Source: Octopus sinensis
Lineage: Eukaryota
DNA length: 64,000 nucleotides
Direction of reading: 5' to 3'
Assembly: GCF_006345805.1 (NCBI RefSeq)
Contig: NC_043007.1
Location: forward strand, 52,824,001 to 52,888,000
Shown here one piece after another: positions 36,946 to 48,358 of the stretch (the first letter of the stretch is position 1; every line of letters begins with the position of its first letter). The notes under the pieces are model-generated. The model ran no database searches, was not told the DNA's origin, and saw nothing but the letters and a program-made list of their open reading frames with translations. The translations under genes were made by a program, and so were the position numbers.

Positions 36946-37766
36946 TATCATCATCAACATTTAGCATCCGCTTTCCATGCTAGCATGGGCTGGATGGTTC
37001 AACTGGGGTCCGGGAAGCCAGAAGGCTGCACCAGGCCCAGTCTGATCTGGCAATGTTTCTACGACTGGATGCCCTTCCTAACACCAACCACTCCCGTGAG
37101 TGTAGTGGGTGCTTTTTATGTGCCAGGCGAGGCTGGCAATGGCCACGATCGGATGGTGCTTTTTACGTGCCACCGGCATGGTGGCCAGTCGGGGCGGCGC
37201 TGGCAACAGCCACGTTAGGATGGTTCGCTTATGTGCCACCAGCACTGGTACCACAGCTACAATGTCCATTGATGCTGATCGATTTTGATTTTGATTCTCA
37301 CTTGTCTCAACAGGTCTTCACAAGTAGAGTTTTGTGTCCCAAAAAGGAAAGGTATGCATAAGTGGACTGGCTACATCCCAGGTAGAGGTCATGGGTTATG
37401 GTCTCACTTGTCCTGCCGGGTCTTCTCATGAACAGCATACTTCCATAGGTCTTGGTCTCTAGTCATTTCCTCAGTGAGACCTAAAGTTTGGAGGTCGTGC
37501 TTCACCACCTCGTCACAGGTTTTCCTGGGTCTGCCTCTTCCACAGGTTCCCTCAACCGCTAGGGTGTGGCACTTTTTCACAAAACTATCTTCATCCATTC
37601 TCGTCACATGACCATAAAAGCACAAACGTCTCTCTTGCACACCAAAACTGATGCTTCTTAGGTCCAACTTTTGAACACTGACATTACACATCCATCGGAG
37701 CATACTGGCTTCATTTCTTGCGAGCTTACGCATATCTTCGGCAGTCATGGCCCATGTTGCACTACC

Positions 37767-37770
<4 letters not shown>
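36946..37770 (-). mobile_element. RTE LINE 3' fragment
   Basis: ORF 37404-37844 (HGSATWA..RRLCFYGHV..GRPRKT) plus 3' UTR and (CAT)n tail. Confidence 0.9.
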
Positions 37771-37801
<31 letters not shown>

Positions 37802-37805
<4 letters not shown>

Positions 37806-38055
37806 TAAAACGGTAAGATAACAAAAGAAAGAAAGAGACCTCAATATTATGTAAATAGAGGAAATTTATCTATACAATAATATGTTACATTACTCGATAG
37901 TCAAGATAAAACTCTGAGTTTCAGATGCCGAAGTGGGAATCCACGACATCTCTTTGGTTGGAAAATAGCCAGATAACCGAAGAGATGTCATGGATTCCCA
38001 CTTCAGCATCTGAAACTCAGAGTTTTATCTTGACTATCGAGTAACGTAACATATT

Positions 38056-38062
<7 letters not shown>
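37802..38062 (+). mobile_element. Hairpin family B mini-element (tail plus about 95-bp arms) in (TA)n
   Basis: Tail and arms match 26640-26800 and 27870-27971; the right arm carries the same hammerhead-like fold at 37971-38030. Confidence 0.88.
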
Positions 38063-38107
<45 letters not shown>

Positions 38108-38451
38108 CATACAGTTGCGGCCAAAATGTTCAGAACGGCATTGTTTTCGTCAGAAAAGTAGATATAATTTTTTATCAAAGTTGTTTTATATTCTATAATT
38201 TTCACACACAATAAATAAGATATTATTTGTTATTGTCTGAGATTTTGGTTTAATTTGAGAGGACAATACAAAAGTTATGGATGATTTAGTGATTTACTGC
38301 AAAACCCATGGCGGCCAAAATGATCAGAATGGTTGCCTTTAACTCCGTGTTTTAGTATATTTAATTGGCGAACTCTAATGTTTTGAATTTGTTTATGTGA
38401 CGGTTCATTTACTAAACATTAGTAAGAATATCTGGAGTATCTGTTAATATA

Positions 38452-39468
38452 ATGCCACCTACTCCGTTACCAATTCGTCAGCAGATTATTAAGCTTCGAA
38501 AGAAAGATAATTTAAGTATTAGGTCTATTGCAAAGATTGTTAACAAGTCAAAAAGTGTTGTTCACGGTATTCTTAAGGTCTACAATGATTGTGGCTCGTG
38601 TGAAGCTAGAAAGTCTACAGGTAGGCCAAGAAAAACGACCAAGAGAGAAGATCGTGCTATGGTAAAGTTGGTTAAAAAGGACAGATTTAAAACTGCTGCT
38701 GCTGTTTCTCGGGAAATGAGCATTGTACTGAAGAAAACTTTATCTTGAAAAACTGTGTCTCATCGCTTAGTTGAACATGACCTACAAGCAAGAGCACCTG
38801 CAGTGAAGCCACTGATCAGCTCCAAGAATAAAAAGTGTTGTCTTACCTTTGCAACCGAACATGTGTTGTGGTCTCAAGAAAAATGGCAAATGGTGCATTT
38901 CAGTGATGAATCTAAGTTTGTGTTATTTGGCTCAGATGGGAAAAGGCATGTTTGTAGAAAAGTAGGTGAAAAATTGTTGCCTAAATGCCTTACGACTAGT
39001 GTTAAATTTGGTGGAAGAAGTGTCATGGTTTGGCGGATGATATCTGGAGATGGTGCGGGCCCTTTGGTGCGATTACATGGAAAGGTAAATCCAGGAGTTT
39101 ATAAACAACTTGTAAAAGATCATGTCTTGCCTGTGCTGAGAAATTCAACCAAGCGACCACCCATATTCATGCAGGACAATGCCCCATGTCACAAGGCTAA
39201 GGTGGTCATGAACTTCCTCAAGGCTGAAAAGGTTATTGTTATGGATTGGCCTGCTCAAAGCCCAGATCTCAATCCTATTGAAAATGTGTGGAATATTCTA
39301 GGAGAACGTTCGAAAGTCAGAAATCCTAAAACAACCGAGCAATTATGGGATGCCCTTCAGGAAGAATGGAATAAGATCACCCAGCAAGAAATTGAAAATT
39401 TAATTTCCTCATGCAGTCAAAGATGTCAAAGTGTGATTAAAGCTAAAGGGCTTCACACAAAATATTAA
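38452..39468 (+). pseudogene. Tc1 DD34E transposase with one in-frame stop
   Basis: ORFs 38452-38748 and 38755-39468 share a frame; GRPRK, FSDES, FMQDNAPCH, QSPDLNPIENVW motifs. Confidence 0.92.
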
Positions 39469-39654
39469 ATAATTCCAGTATTCTCTGTCATTTTTGATTA
39501 TTTTGTTATTTTTTCAACCGTTCTGATCATTTTGGCCGCCATGGGTTTCGCAGTATATCACTAAATCATCCATAACTTTTGTATTATTCTCTTAAATTAC
39601 ACCAAAATCTCAGACAATAACAATTAATATCGTATTTATTGTCTGTGAAAATTA

Positions 39655-41085
39655 TCTCTTATTATAAAAGGCAGATTTTATCTGCCTCCCTTTGTCTCTT
39701 ATAGAAATCTACAATATAGGATTTCTTCAATTACAATTACCTAGCATTTTTAAGAGTAGAATGCATCGGGTTGTGCCAGGTCCAGTTTTTAAAATTTCAA
39801 CCCCAATTAAGCAAAATTTAGAGAAAACTCACATTGTGGTGTGTGAGTCAAGTGCTTTTCTTAGTGTGGGCTATAGCACACGCACACACACACACACACA
39901 AAAAAACGGAGCAATCTGATTCACTCACGCTATCTAATTTCTACGACTTTCTCTTTGCAAGTTTGCAACGATTAAAGTGAAACTAGTTCGATAAAACGAG
40001 AGAAGTGTACCTTAAACCACTACTAAAAAAAAAACCACAGCAAACAGAAACAAATAAATACATAACGATTTACTCCTCACACAATTTCTTCAATTAGAGT
40101 TTACCCATGATTTTTCAAAGTACTTCCATTGGGTCATGCCATACAAAATTTCTTTCAATTTTACCCCCAATTAAGACAAAATTCGAGAAAACTCAATATT
40201 TTAACATTTCACTCCGAAAGCATTGATGTACATGTGTGCGTGCGTGAGTGTGTGTGTGTCATTCCTCACACACACGCATACACATACATATATGACAGTG
40301 ACAAACACAAACGTCTCAAACAACTACATACAAACACGTGTGTGTTTGTTATTATTAAAAAAGGCGCCAAAACACAACTCACTTCTCATTCCAACACATT
40401 TGCAAAGACACACGGACGGTCGAATTGCTATAACAATACAGAAAAGGTAAATTGGTTTTTATTTTACTTTCTGTCGTTAAATTTTGGTAGTATTAATTGG
40501 TGAGCCGAGCTTGCAGTATGAAACAGTGTTTATGTATAAACAGACGACACTTATATATAGTTATTAATAAATGTATGCATCCGTTTAAAAGAAAAACCAA
40601 AAAATATTTTATTCTTTATAAATGTTGTGTTCAAAATAACATTTTCTTTTAAGAATGTGTATATAACAAAGTATGTGTATATAACTACGTGGCTTATATC
40701 TTTATATATAAAAGTGAAGTTGTGTGTCTGTCTCCTACGATTTAGATTCCTAACTACTCCCACATTTTGCGGTGCAGTGTAACCAAAACCGGGTATCTTA
40801 TAGTCGTGATTCATATCGAGCCCTTCTGGGTATTAGCATGCGTCTACGATGAGTCTACGATTTAAAAAAAATTTACCATCATATTTTTCCATTTTAATGC
40901 ATTTTTTCGCTATTATATAAGGGAAGTAACTCTCTAAAAATATCTACGATGTGTCAACGATTTAAAAAAAAAATTTACCTTAATTTTTTTTCCATTTTTA
41001 ATGCATTTTTTTGCTATCACTCTCTAAAAATGCTTATATAGTTATTTCCCTTACAAACCAGAGCAACGCCGGGCAATACTGCTAG
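39655..41085 (+). mobile_element. Composite non-autonomous Helitron (module D plus module C)
   Basis: Starts TCTCTTATTATAAAAGG, second TC start at 40699, ends with gagcaacgccgggc hairpin plus CTAG; inserted between A and T of the Tc1 TIR with no TSD. Confidence 0.9.
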
Positions 41086-41164
41086 TAGAATATAAAACAA
41101 CTTTGATAAAAACTTATGAAAACAATGCTGTTCTGAACATTTTGGCCGCAACAGTATATATATC

Positions 41165-41505
41165 ACAATTGCAACGTGGAAGGTGTTTGTAAGCCATTTA
41201 AGAAACACACAAAAGCCGTTCAATTCACTTCAACATTTAAGTTTAATTTGTCAAAATATTTTCGTCGCTAAAATCCGCGACCTGTTCACTGACAAAAATC
41301 CGTGCTGCACGGATTTTTGTCAGTGAACAGGTCACGGATTTTAGCGACGAAAATATTTTCACAAATTAAACTTAAATGTTGAAGTGAATCGAACGACTTT
41401 TGTGTGTTTCTTAAATGGCTTACAAATACATTCCATGCTGCAATTGTTTTCGTTTCAGCACACGGTCTCAGATCAAATCACTTGCTATGCGAGTACATCT
41501 CAGTA
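41165..41505 (+). mobile_element. Hairpin family E element (about 140-bp arms plus about 58-nt tail)
   Basis: Near-perfect palindrome 41165-41447 centred on cgtgctgcacg; tail ttttcgtttcagcacacgg...catctcagta; second copy at 47549-47867. Confidence 0.9.
41247..41296 (-). ncRNA. Hammerhead-like fold with G3-C8 core variant
   Basis: Minus strand: tttgtca GTGAACA g gtcgc ggatttta gcgac GAAA ata TTT tgacaaa; 7-bp stem I, 5-bp stem II, palindromic AAAATATTTT stem III. Confidence 0.6.
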
Positions 41506-42159
41506 TCTCTTATTATAAAAGGCAGATTTTATCTGCCTCCCTTTGTCTCTTATAGAAATCTACAATATAGGATTTCTTCAATTACAATTTACCTAGCATT
41601 TTTAAGAGTAGAATACATCGGGTCGTGCCAGGTCCAGTTTTTAAAATTTAAACCCCAATTAAGCAAAATTTCGAGAAAACTCACATTGTGGTGTGTAAGT
41701 GAAGTGCTTTTCTTAGTGTGGGCTACAGCACACACACACGCACACACAAACGGAGCGAACTGCTTCACTGATGCTATCACCCTAATTTCTCCTCCTTTCT
41801 CTTTGCAAGTGTGCAACGATTAAAGTGAAAGTATTTATATAAAACGAGAAGTGTACCTTAAACCACTACTTAAAAAAAAAACAACACAGCAAACAGAAAC
41901 AAATAAATACATAACGATTTACTCCTCACACAATTTCTTCAATTAGAGTTTACCTATGATTTTTCAAAGTACTTCCATTTGGTCTTGGCATACAAAATTT
42001 CTTTCAATTTCAGAAAAAATTCGAGAAAACTAAATATTTTACCATTTCACTCTTTCACTCTGCATTCCCACTTCCTCTTTACACACATGGACACGCAAAT
42101 ATATAAATAAAATTGTAAGCTAACGTGTGTGTGTGTGTGTGCGTGCGTGTGTGTGTGTG

Positions 42160-42199
<40 letters not shown>

Positions 42200-43811
42200 A
42201 GGGTGCGTGTGTGTGTGTGTGTGTGTGCGTGTGTGTGAGTTTGTGACAGGAAAGTTTTTTAGGACGAATATAAGATCTAAAGCATATCCAAGTAGCAGAA
42301 AGATTGCCCAAAAGTGTATATAGATATTTAAATGTATTTATATATTCATCTATACACAGATGTATGTATAATGTGTGTGTATATATTTCCATAGAGGTAA
42401 CCTTTCACTCCATACAAAGTTTTTTAGGACGAATATAAGATTGAAAGTATATCCAAGTAGCAGAAAGATCGCCCAAAAGTGTATATAGATATTTAAATGT
42501 ATTTATATATTCATCTATACACAGATGTATGTATAATGTGTGTGTATATATTTCCATACACGTAACCATTCACTCCGCACAAAGTTTTTTAGGACGAAAA
42601 TAAGATCTAAAGTTATCTCTAAGTAGCACAAAGATCGCCCAAAAGTGTATATAGATATATAAATGTATTTATTAGCATGGAAAACGGACGCTAAACGATG
42701 ATGATATTCATCTATGCACACATGCATGTATAACGTGTGTATATATATTTCCATAGAGGTAACCATTCACTCCATACAAAGTTTTTTAGGACGAAAATAA
42801 GATCTAAAGTTATCTCTAAGAAACAGAAAGATCGCCCAAAAGTGTATATAGATATTTAAATGTATTTATATATTCATCTATACACACATGTATGTATAAT
42901 GTGCGTGTATATATTTCCATAGAGGTAACCATTCAATCCATACAAAGTTTTTTAGGACGAAAATATTTATTTATAAAAGAAAGATTGTGTGTCTGTCTAC
43001 CCCGATTTAGATTCCTAACTACTCCCACATTTTGCGATGCAGTTTAACCAAAACCGGGTATCTTATAGTCGTGATTCATATCGAGCCCTTCTGGGTATTA
43101 GCGCGCGTCTACGATGAGTCTACGATTTTACAAATAATTTACCATCATTTTTTTTCCATTTTAATGCATATTTTTTTTAATAAAGGGAAGTAACTCTCAA
43201 ACTTCACACCAATATGCGTGCTCATATGCGACGTAATATCACATCAGCAGCATTTCCTCACACCCTCCTTGCACTTGGCGAAGGCAAAATACCAGGGGAT
43301 GAAAATGGTAATATTGCCATCGATTCCATTTGTACCATTGTTAAGACGCCTTCTGATCTCAGAGATGCAGTGTTTCCAGATCTACAAGCTAATTATCAGA
43401 ATATGGATTGGATTGGCAAAAAGGCTATACTGGCCCTGAGGAATAAAACTGTTCACCATATTAATGATGAAATGCTAAAACTCATTCCTGGGGAAGTCTA
43501 TGTATATCAGTCTATCGATACAACTCCTGACCCAGAGGACGTCATCAACTATCCAATAGAGGTACTCAATTCCTTTGAGCACCCCGGACTACCACCACAC
43601 TTTCTCAAACTTAAAGTTGGTGCCGCTATAATGCTCATCAGAAATTTGGTTCCCCCAAAACAATGCAATGGCACACATTTGATCGTTAAGTCCTTATCTC
43701 CCACCGTAAACTTATATCAATATTTGCCTGAATAATCATCATAATTCAGTGCAATCATTAACAGTACTTTCAAGCAATTCAGCCCCGAGCAACGCCGGGC
43801 AATTCTGCTAG
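41506..43811 (+). mobile_element. Composite Helitron (module D, 165-bp array, module C with helicase fragment)
   Basis: TCTCTTATTATAAAAGG start; ends ccccgagcaacgccgggcaattctgCTAG; PIF1 fragment 43214-43735 (AILALRN, YPIEVLNSFEHPGLPPH.LKLKVGA.IML.RNL..CNGT). Confidence 0.8.
42251..42962. repeat. About 165-bp tandem array, about 4.1 units
   Basis: Unit starts aaagttttttaggacga at 42251, 42416, 42581, 42778 and 42944; unit 3 carries a short RTE-tail insert. Confidence 0.92.
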
Positions 43812-44640
43812 TATATATATAAAACTGAGAATGTGTGTCTGTCTGGCTGTCTGTGTGTTTCCCTAAAACTTGAGAACTACACAACCAATTTCATTCAAAT
43901 TTTACACATGCCTTACTTAGGGTCAATGTAGTGTCATGGAAAAAAATTTTTTTAACTTCTTGCCTAGGGTGAGCCCACAGCAATATCATATCTTCTCCAC
44001 TATTTCAGTATTATGTGTTAAAAGTGAAACAAAAACATCTCTCTATTGTAATGTCACATGTATTCACTTTAATACTGAAACTATTAAAGTCAACCTATTA
44101 TAAAAACAGGGACGAACCATAAAGAGTGGACATCCATTTTGCTAGAAGAAGATCCACTATTGTCTTATATGCAACACTACTGATTTTCAATTCATATTAT
44201 TCAAATTAATATTCAATTTTTCACCCTTATTATTTTAAATCTAAATTTAGATGTGTGTGTATATATATAGATGTATACACATATATGTATGTATATAGAT
44301 GTATATATATGGATGTATATATATATATATTATATATATATATACATGTATATATATGGATGTGTATATATCTCTTATTATAAAAGGCAGATTTTATCTG
44401 CCTCCCTTTGGGAGTTATACAAATCTACAATATAGGATTTCTTCAATTGCAATTTTAAGAGTATAATGCATCGCGTCATGCCAGGTCCAGTTTTTAAAAT
44501 TTAAACTTCAATTAAGCAAAATTTACAGAAAACTCACATTCTGGTGTGCGTGTCAAATGCTTTTCTTAGTCTGGTTTACACCACACGCAAACGCACACAC
44601 ACAGTGGGCAACGAATAAAGTGAAACTAGATGTAATATTT
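43812..44640 (+). mobile_element. Helitron module F followed by module D fragments
   Basis: tatatatataaaactgagaatg directly after CTAG; tctcttattataaaagg again at 44371. Confidence 0.7.
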
Positions 44641-44768
44641 GTTTCTCTCTATCACGCTGATAGATACATGAGTAAAATGTATGGGAAGCTAACACATAAG
44701 TGTGAGTGAAAATGTTCTTGGAAGAGAGTAAATAGCCAGAGATAGTGATTTGAGGAACACTCATACAT

Positions 44769-44801
<33 letters not shown>

Positions 44802-44822
44802 TACATACATACATACACACAC

Positions 44823-44853
<31 letters not shown>

Positions 44854-45109
44854 CATACATACACACACACACACACATACACACACACACAGTATTGAAG
44901 CTTGAGAACAATCAGGATACATTTGCAACACATCTGTTGAAAATATTATTGTTCACACACATACATATACATATATACATACAGACAGACAGACAGATAG
45001 ACACACACACACACATGATCCAGCATGGCCACAACCTCAAGGCTGAACATAAATATAAAAGAATAACAGAATAAATGTGTGCATGTGTGTGAGAGAGAGA
45101 GTGTGTGTG

Positions 45110-45141
<32 letters not shown>

Positions 45142-45154
45142 TGTATATATATAT

Positions 45155-45590
45155 ATAATAATGCGGTTTTTTCAACAGCTTGAACTAAAAGTCAGAGGGG
45201 AATGGGATAAACTACTTATATTAACTTGCTATAAAAGCAGGTAGTAATTTTATCTTGTCCTTATTCATAGTGCAAGTTTTGAAGAGTGCATTTCGATTTT
45301 AACAGCTATTTTTTTCAAAGCTATATTGGAACAGCCTAGAAGACGAGCCTCATCCTGAAAGATCTGTAGAACTCGACAAGGACATCCTGAAAACCCTGGT
45401 GGAACAAAATCTCATCGTAACTGTTGAGGAACTAGCAGAGAAGCTTGGATTTGGTCATTCAACCATTCATTGAGACCTGTGTGCTATCGGAAAAGTCAGC
45501 AAATTGGGTCAATGGGTTCCTCACGAACTTTCCGAGTCTAATTGCATGCAGAGAGTGAATGTATGCTTTTCTTTGCTGTCACATCTCACC
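45155..45590 (+). pseudogene. Mariner fragment (internally deleted)
   Basis: LEDEPHPER...TVEELAEKLGFGHSTIH..L..IGKVSKLGQWVPHEL; TIR-like aataatgcggtttttt upstream. Confidence 0.82.
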
Positions 45591-45608
45591 ACTACTGCGC
45601 TATGTATA

Positions 45609-46197
45609 TCTATATATATAAAACTGTAGTTGTGTGAGTGTCTGTCCCCTTCGATTTAGATTCCTAACTACTCCCACATTTTGCGGTGCAGTTTAACCAA
45701 ATAGGTAGCTTATAGTCGTGATTCATATCGAGCCCGTCTGAGTATTAGCGCGCGTCTACGATGAGTCTACGATTTTAAAAATAATTTAACATCATTTTTT
45801 ATTCCATTTTAATGCATAATTTTTCGTGTGTCGATGGCGGCGGAGTTGGCGTCCACGCTCACATCTGCACCTGTGGGGAAGGGAGTGTAAGGAAATCAAC
45901 ATCGTAATGCGTTGTCAAGGAGACCAGCGTTCTTTAGAACAACGACTTCATGGCTTGAAGACACCAAAACAGAAATGGCTAAGAAAGCGTCTACATGAGT
46001 CTACGATTTAAAAAAAATTTACCATCGTTTTTTTTTTTCCATTTTAATGCATTTTTTCGCTATTATATAAGGGAAGTAACTCTCTAAAAATGTCTACGAT
46101 GAGTCAACGATTTTTCAAAAAATTTACCATCATATTTTTTCCATTTTTAATGCATTTTTTGCTATTTTTTGGCTATAACTCTCTAATATACTGCTAG
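45609..46197 (+). mobile_element. Helitron module C copy
   Basis: TCTATATATATAAAAC start, shared ttagattcctaactactcccacatttt core, ends ctgCTAG with the hairpin deleted. Confidence 0.8.
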
Positions 46198-46312
46198 TAT
46201 ATATATATACACATGTATATATATAGACGTATATGTATATGTACAGCTGTATATGTATAGATGTATTTCTATAGATATAGATATAGAAATATAGATATAG
46301 TATATGTGTGTA

Positions 46313-46815
46313 TCTCTTATTATAAAAGGCAGATTTTATCTGCCTCCCTTTGGGAGTTATACAAATCTACAATATAGGATTTCTTCAATTACAATTTACC
46401 TTGCATTTTTAAGAGTACAATGCATCGCGTCATGCCAGGTCCAGTTCTTAAAATTTAAACTCCAATTAAGCAAAATTTACAGAAAACTCACATTCTGGTG
46501 TGTGTGTCAAATGCTTTTCTTAGTCTGCTTTACAGCACACGCAAACGCACACACACAGTGGGCAACGAATTAAATGAAAGTAATTGACTTACTGTAGTGA
46601 GTGATTCTTTCACTCTGCCTCCCACTTCCTCTTTCAACACATACACACGCAAATATATAAATAAAATTGTAAGCTAACGTGCGTGTGTGTGTGAGTGGGT
46701 GTGTGTGGGTGTGCGCGTGTGTGTGTGCATGTGTGTGTGTGTGTGTGTGCGTGTGCGTGAGTGTGTGACAGGAAAGTTTTTTACGATGAATATAACACCT
46801 ATATCCAAGTAGCAG
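46313..46815 (+). mobile_element. Helitron module D copy
   Basis: tctcttattataaaaggcagattttatctgcctccc start; collinear with 39655, 41506 and 44371. Confidence 0.75.
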
Positions 46816-46817
46816 AA

Positions 46818-47190
46818 AGATAAGACAGTAAGGTGTGATTTGAGGGAGATTTGGCTGCTATTTCTACCATGTCTAGCTACCATGTAGGGGTCTCCCTCAT
46901 AGGCTCATACATACATATATACATAGATAAGACAGTAAGGTGTGATTTGGGGGAAATTTGGCTGCTATTTCTACCAGGTCTAGCTGCCATGTAGGGGTCT
47001 CCCTCATAGGCTCATACATACATATATACATAGATAAGACAGTAAGGTGTGATTTGGGGGAAATTTGGCTGCTATTTTTACCAGGTCTAGCTACCATGTA
47101 GAGGTCCCCCTCATTGGCTCATATATATATACATACATAAGACAGTAAGGTGTGATTTGAGGGAGATTTGGCTGCTGTTTCTACCAGGTC
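46818..47190. repeat. About 107-bp tandem array, about 3.5 units
   Basis: Repeated ataagacagtaaggtgtgatttg(a/g)ggga(g/a)atttggctgctatttctacc... Confidence 0.9.
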
Positions 47191-47249
47191 TGTTAGGCCT
47201 TCTCATGTAAACTCAAGCTTTCTCATGCCTTGAACATAAGACCAAAGCT

Positions 47250-47470
47250 GAGAATGTATTCTTTTATTCTTCTGCTTTTTCCAGCCATTGGTCTGTGGCC
47301 ATGCTGGGGCAATGCCTTGAAGAATTGTAGTTTAATGAATCAACTCCAGTTTTATTTTTGTAAGCATTGTACTTATTCTATCTGTTTCCTTTGTCAAACC
47401 ACTAGGTGACAGGGATGTAAACAAACCAACATTCGTTGTCAAGCAGTGGTGGAGGACAATCACAAGCACA
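47250..47470 (-). mobile_element. SINE family 1, 3' part
   Basis: Collinear with 20110-20300 (gccatgctgggg...ttctatc...gtaaacaaaccaac...ttgtcaagca). Confidence 0.7.
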
Positions 47471-47548
47471 GACACGCACACACACACACATACATGCATA
47501 CACATATACACACATACATACATATATATATATGTGTGTATATATATA

Positions 47549-47867
47549 TTGCAGCGTGGAAGGTGTTTGTAAGCCATTTCAGAAACACACAAAAACTGTT
47601 ACATTCACTTCAACATTTAAATTTAATTTGCCAAAATATTTTCGGCGCTTTGAGACTGCGACCTATTCATTGACAAAAATATCGTGCTAACAGGTCACGG
47701 TCTCAAAGCGACTAAAATATTTTGACAAATTAAATTTAAATGTTGAAGTGAATCTAACGGTTTTTGTGTTTCTTAAATGGCTTATAAACACCTTCAACGC
47801 TGCAACTGTTTTCGTTCCAGCACACGATCTCAGATCAAGTCACTTGCTATGCAAGTACATCTCTGTA
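47549..47867 (+). mobile_element. Hairpin family E element, second copy
   Basis: Arms 47549-47805 and tail to 47867; the minus-strand hammerhead-like fold at 47627-47677 has core ATGAATA (A3-U8). Confidence 0.88.
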
Positions 47868-47904
47868 ACTATATATATATTTATATATATATATATATGT
47901 ATAT

Positions 47905-47963
47905 TGGTAAAAACAGTAAGATAACAAAAGAAAGAGACCTCAATATTATGTAAATAGAGGAAA
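47905..47963 (+). mobile_element. Family B tail only, truncated by a Helitron
   Basis: ttggtaaaaacagtaagataacaaaagaaagagacctcaatattatgtaaatagaggaaa followed by the TC start of module C. Confidence 0.8.
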
Positions 47964-48358
47964 TCTTTATATATAAAAGTGAGGCTGTATGTCTGTCTCC
48001 TACAATTTAGATTCCTAACTACTCCCACATTTTGCGGTGCAGTTTAACCAAAACCGGGTATCTTATAGTCGTGATTCATATCGAGACCGTCTGGGTATTA
48101 GCGCGCGTCTACGATGAGTCTACGATTTAAAAAAAAAATTACCATCAATTTTTCCCATTTTTAATCCATTTTTGACATATATAAGGGAAGTAACTCTCTA
48201 AAATTTATCATTAAATCTCAGAACGTAAAAAGCTACAGTAACACCCCTCCCCCTTTGTGGTTAGCCATATTGAGATGGCTATTATACTTTACATCTCTAA
48301 AAATGCTTATATAATTATTTCCCTTACAAACCCGAGCAACGCCGGGCGATACTGCTAG
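47964..48358 (+). mobile_element. Helitron module C copy
   Basis: TCTTTATATATAAAAG start; cccgagcaacgccggg hairpin plus CTAG end. Confidence 0.9.

Larger units (their letters stand above)
38112..41154 (+). mobile_element. Tc1 transposon, IR/DR type, right TIR split by a Helitron
   Basis: TA|CAGTTGCGGCC...GGCCGCAACAG|TA; about 225-bp TIRs (38112-38335; 39515-39654 plus 41086-41154) with internal direct repeats gcggccaaaatg.tcagaa.gg. Confidence 0.93.

Noticed and set aside
40840-40865. gtctacgatgagtctacga motif in Helitron module C, superficially hammerhead-like
   Set aside because: It is a short direct repeat without CUGA, GAAA or the three stems.
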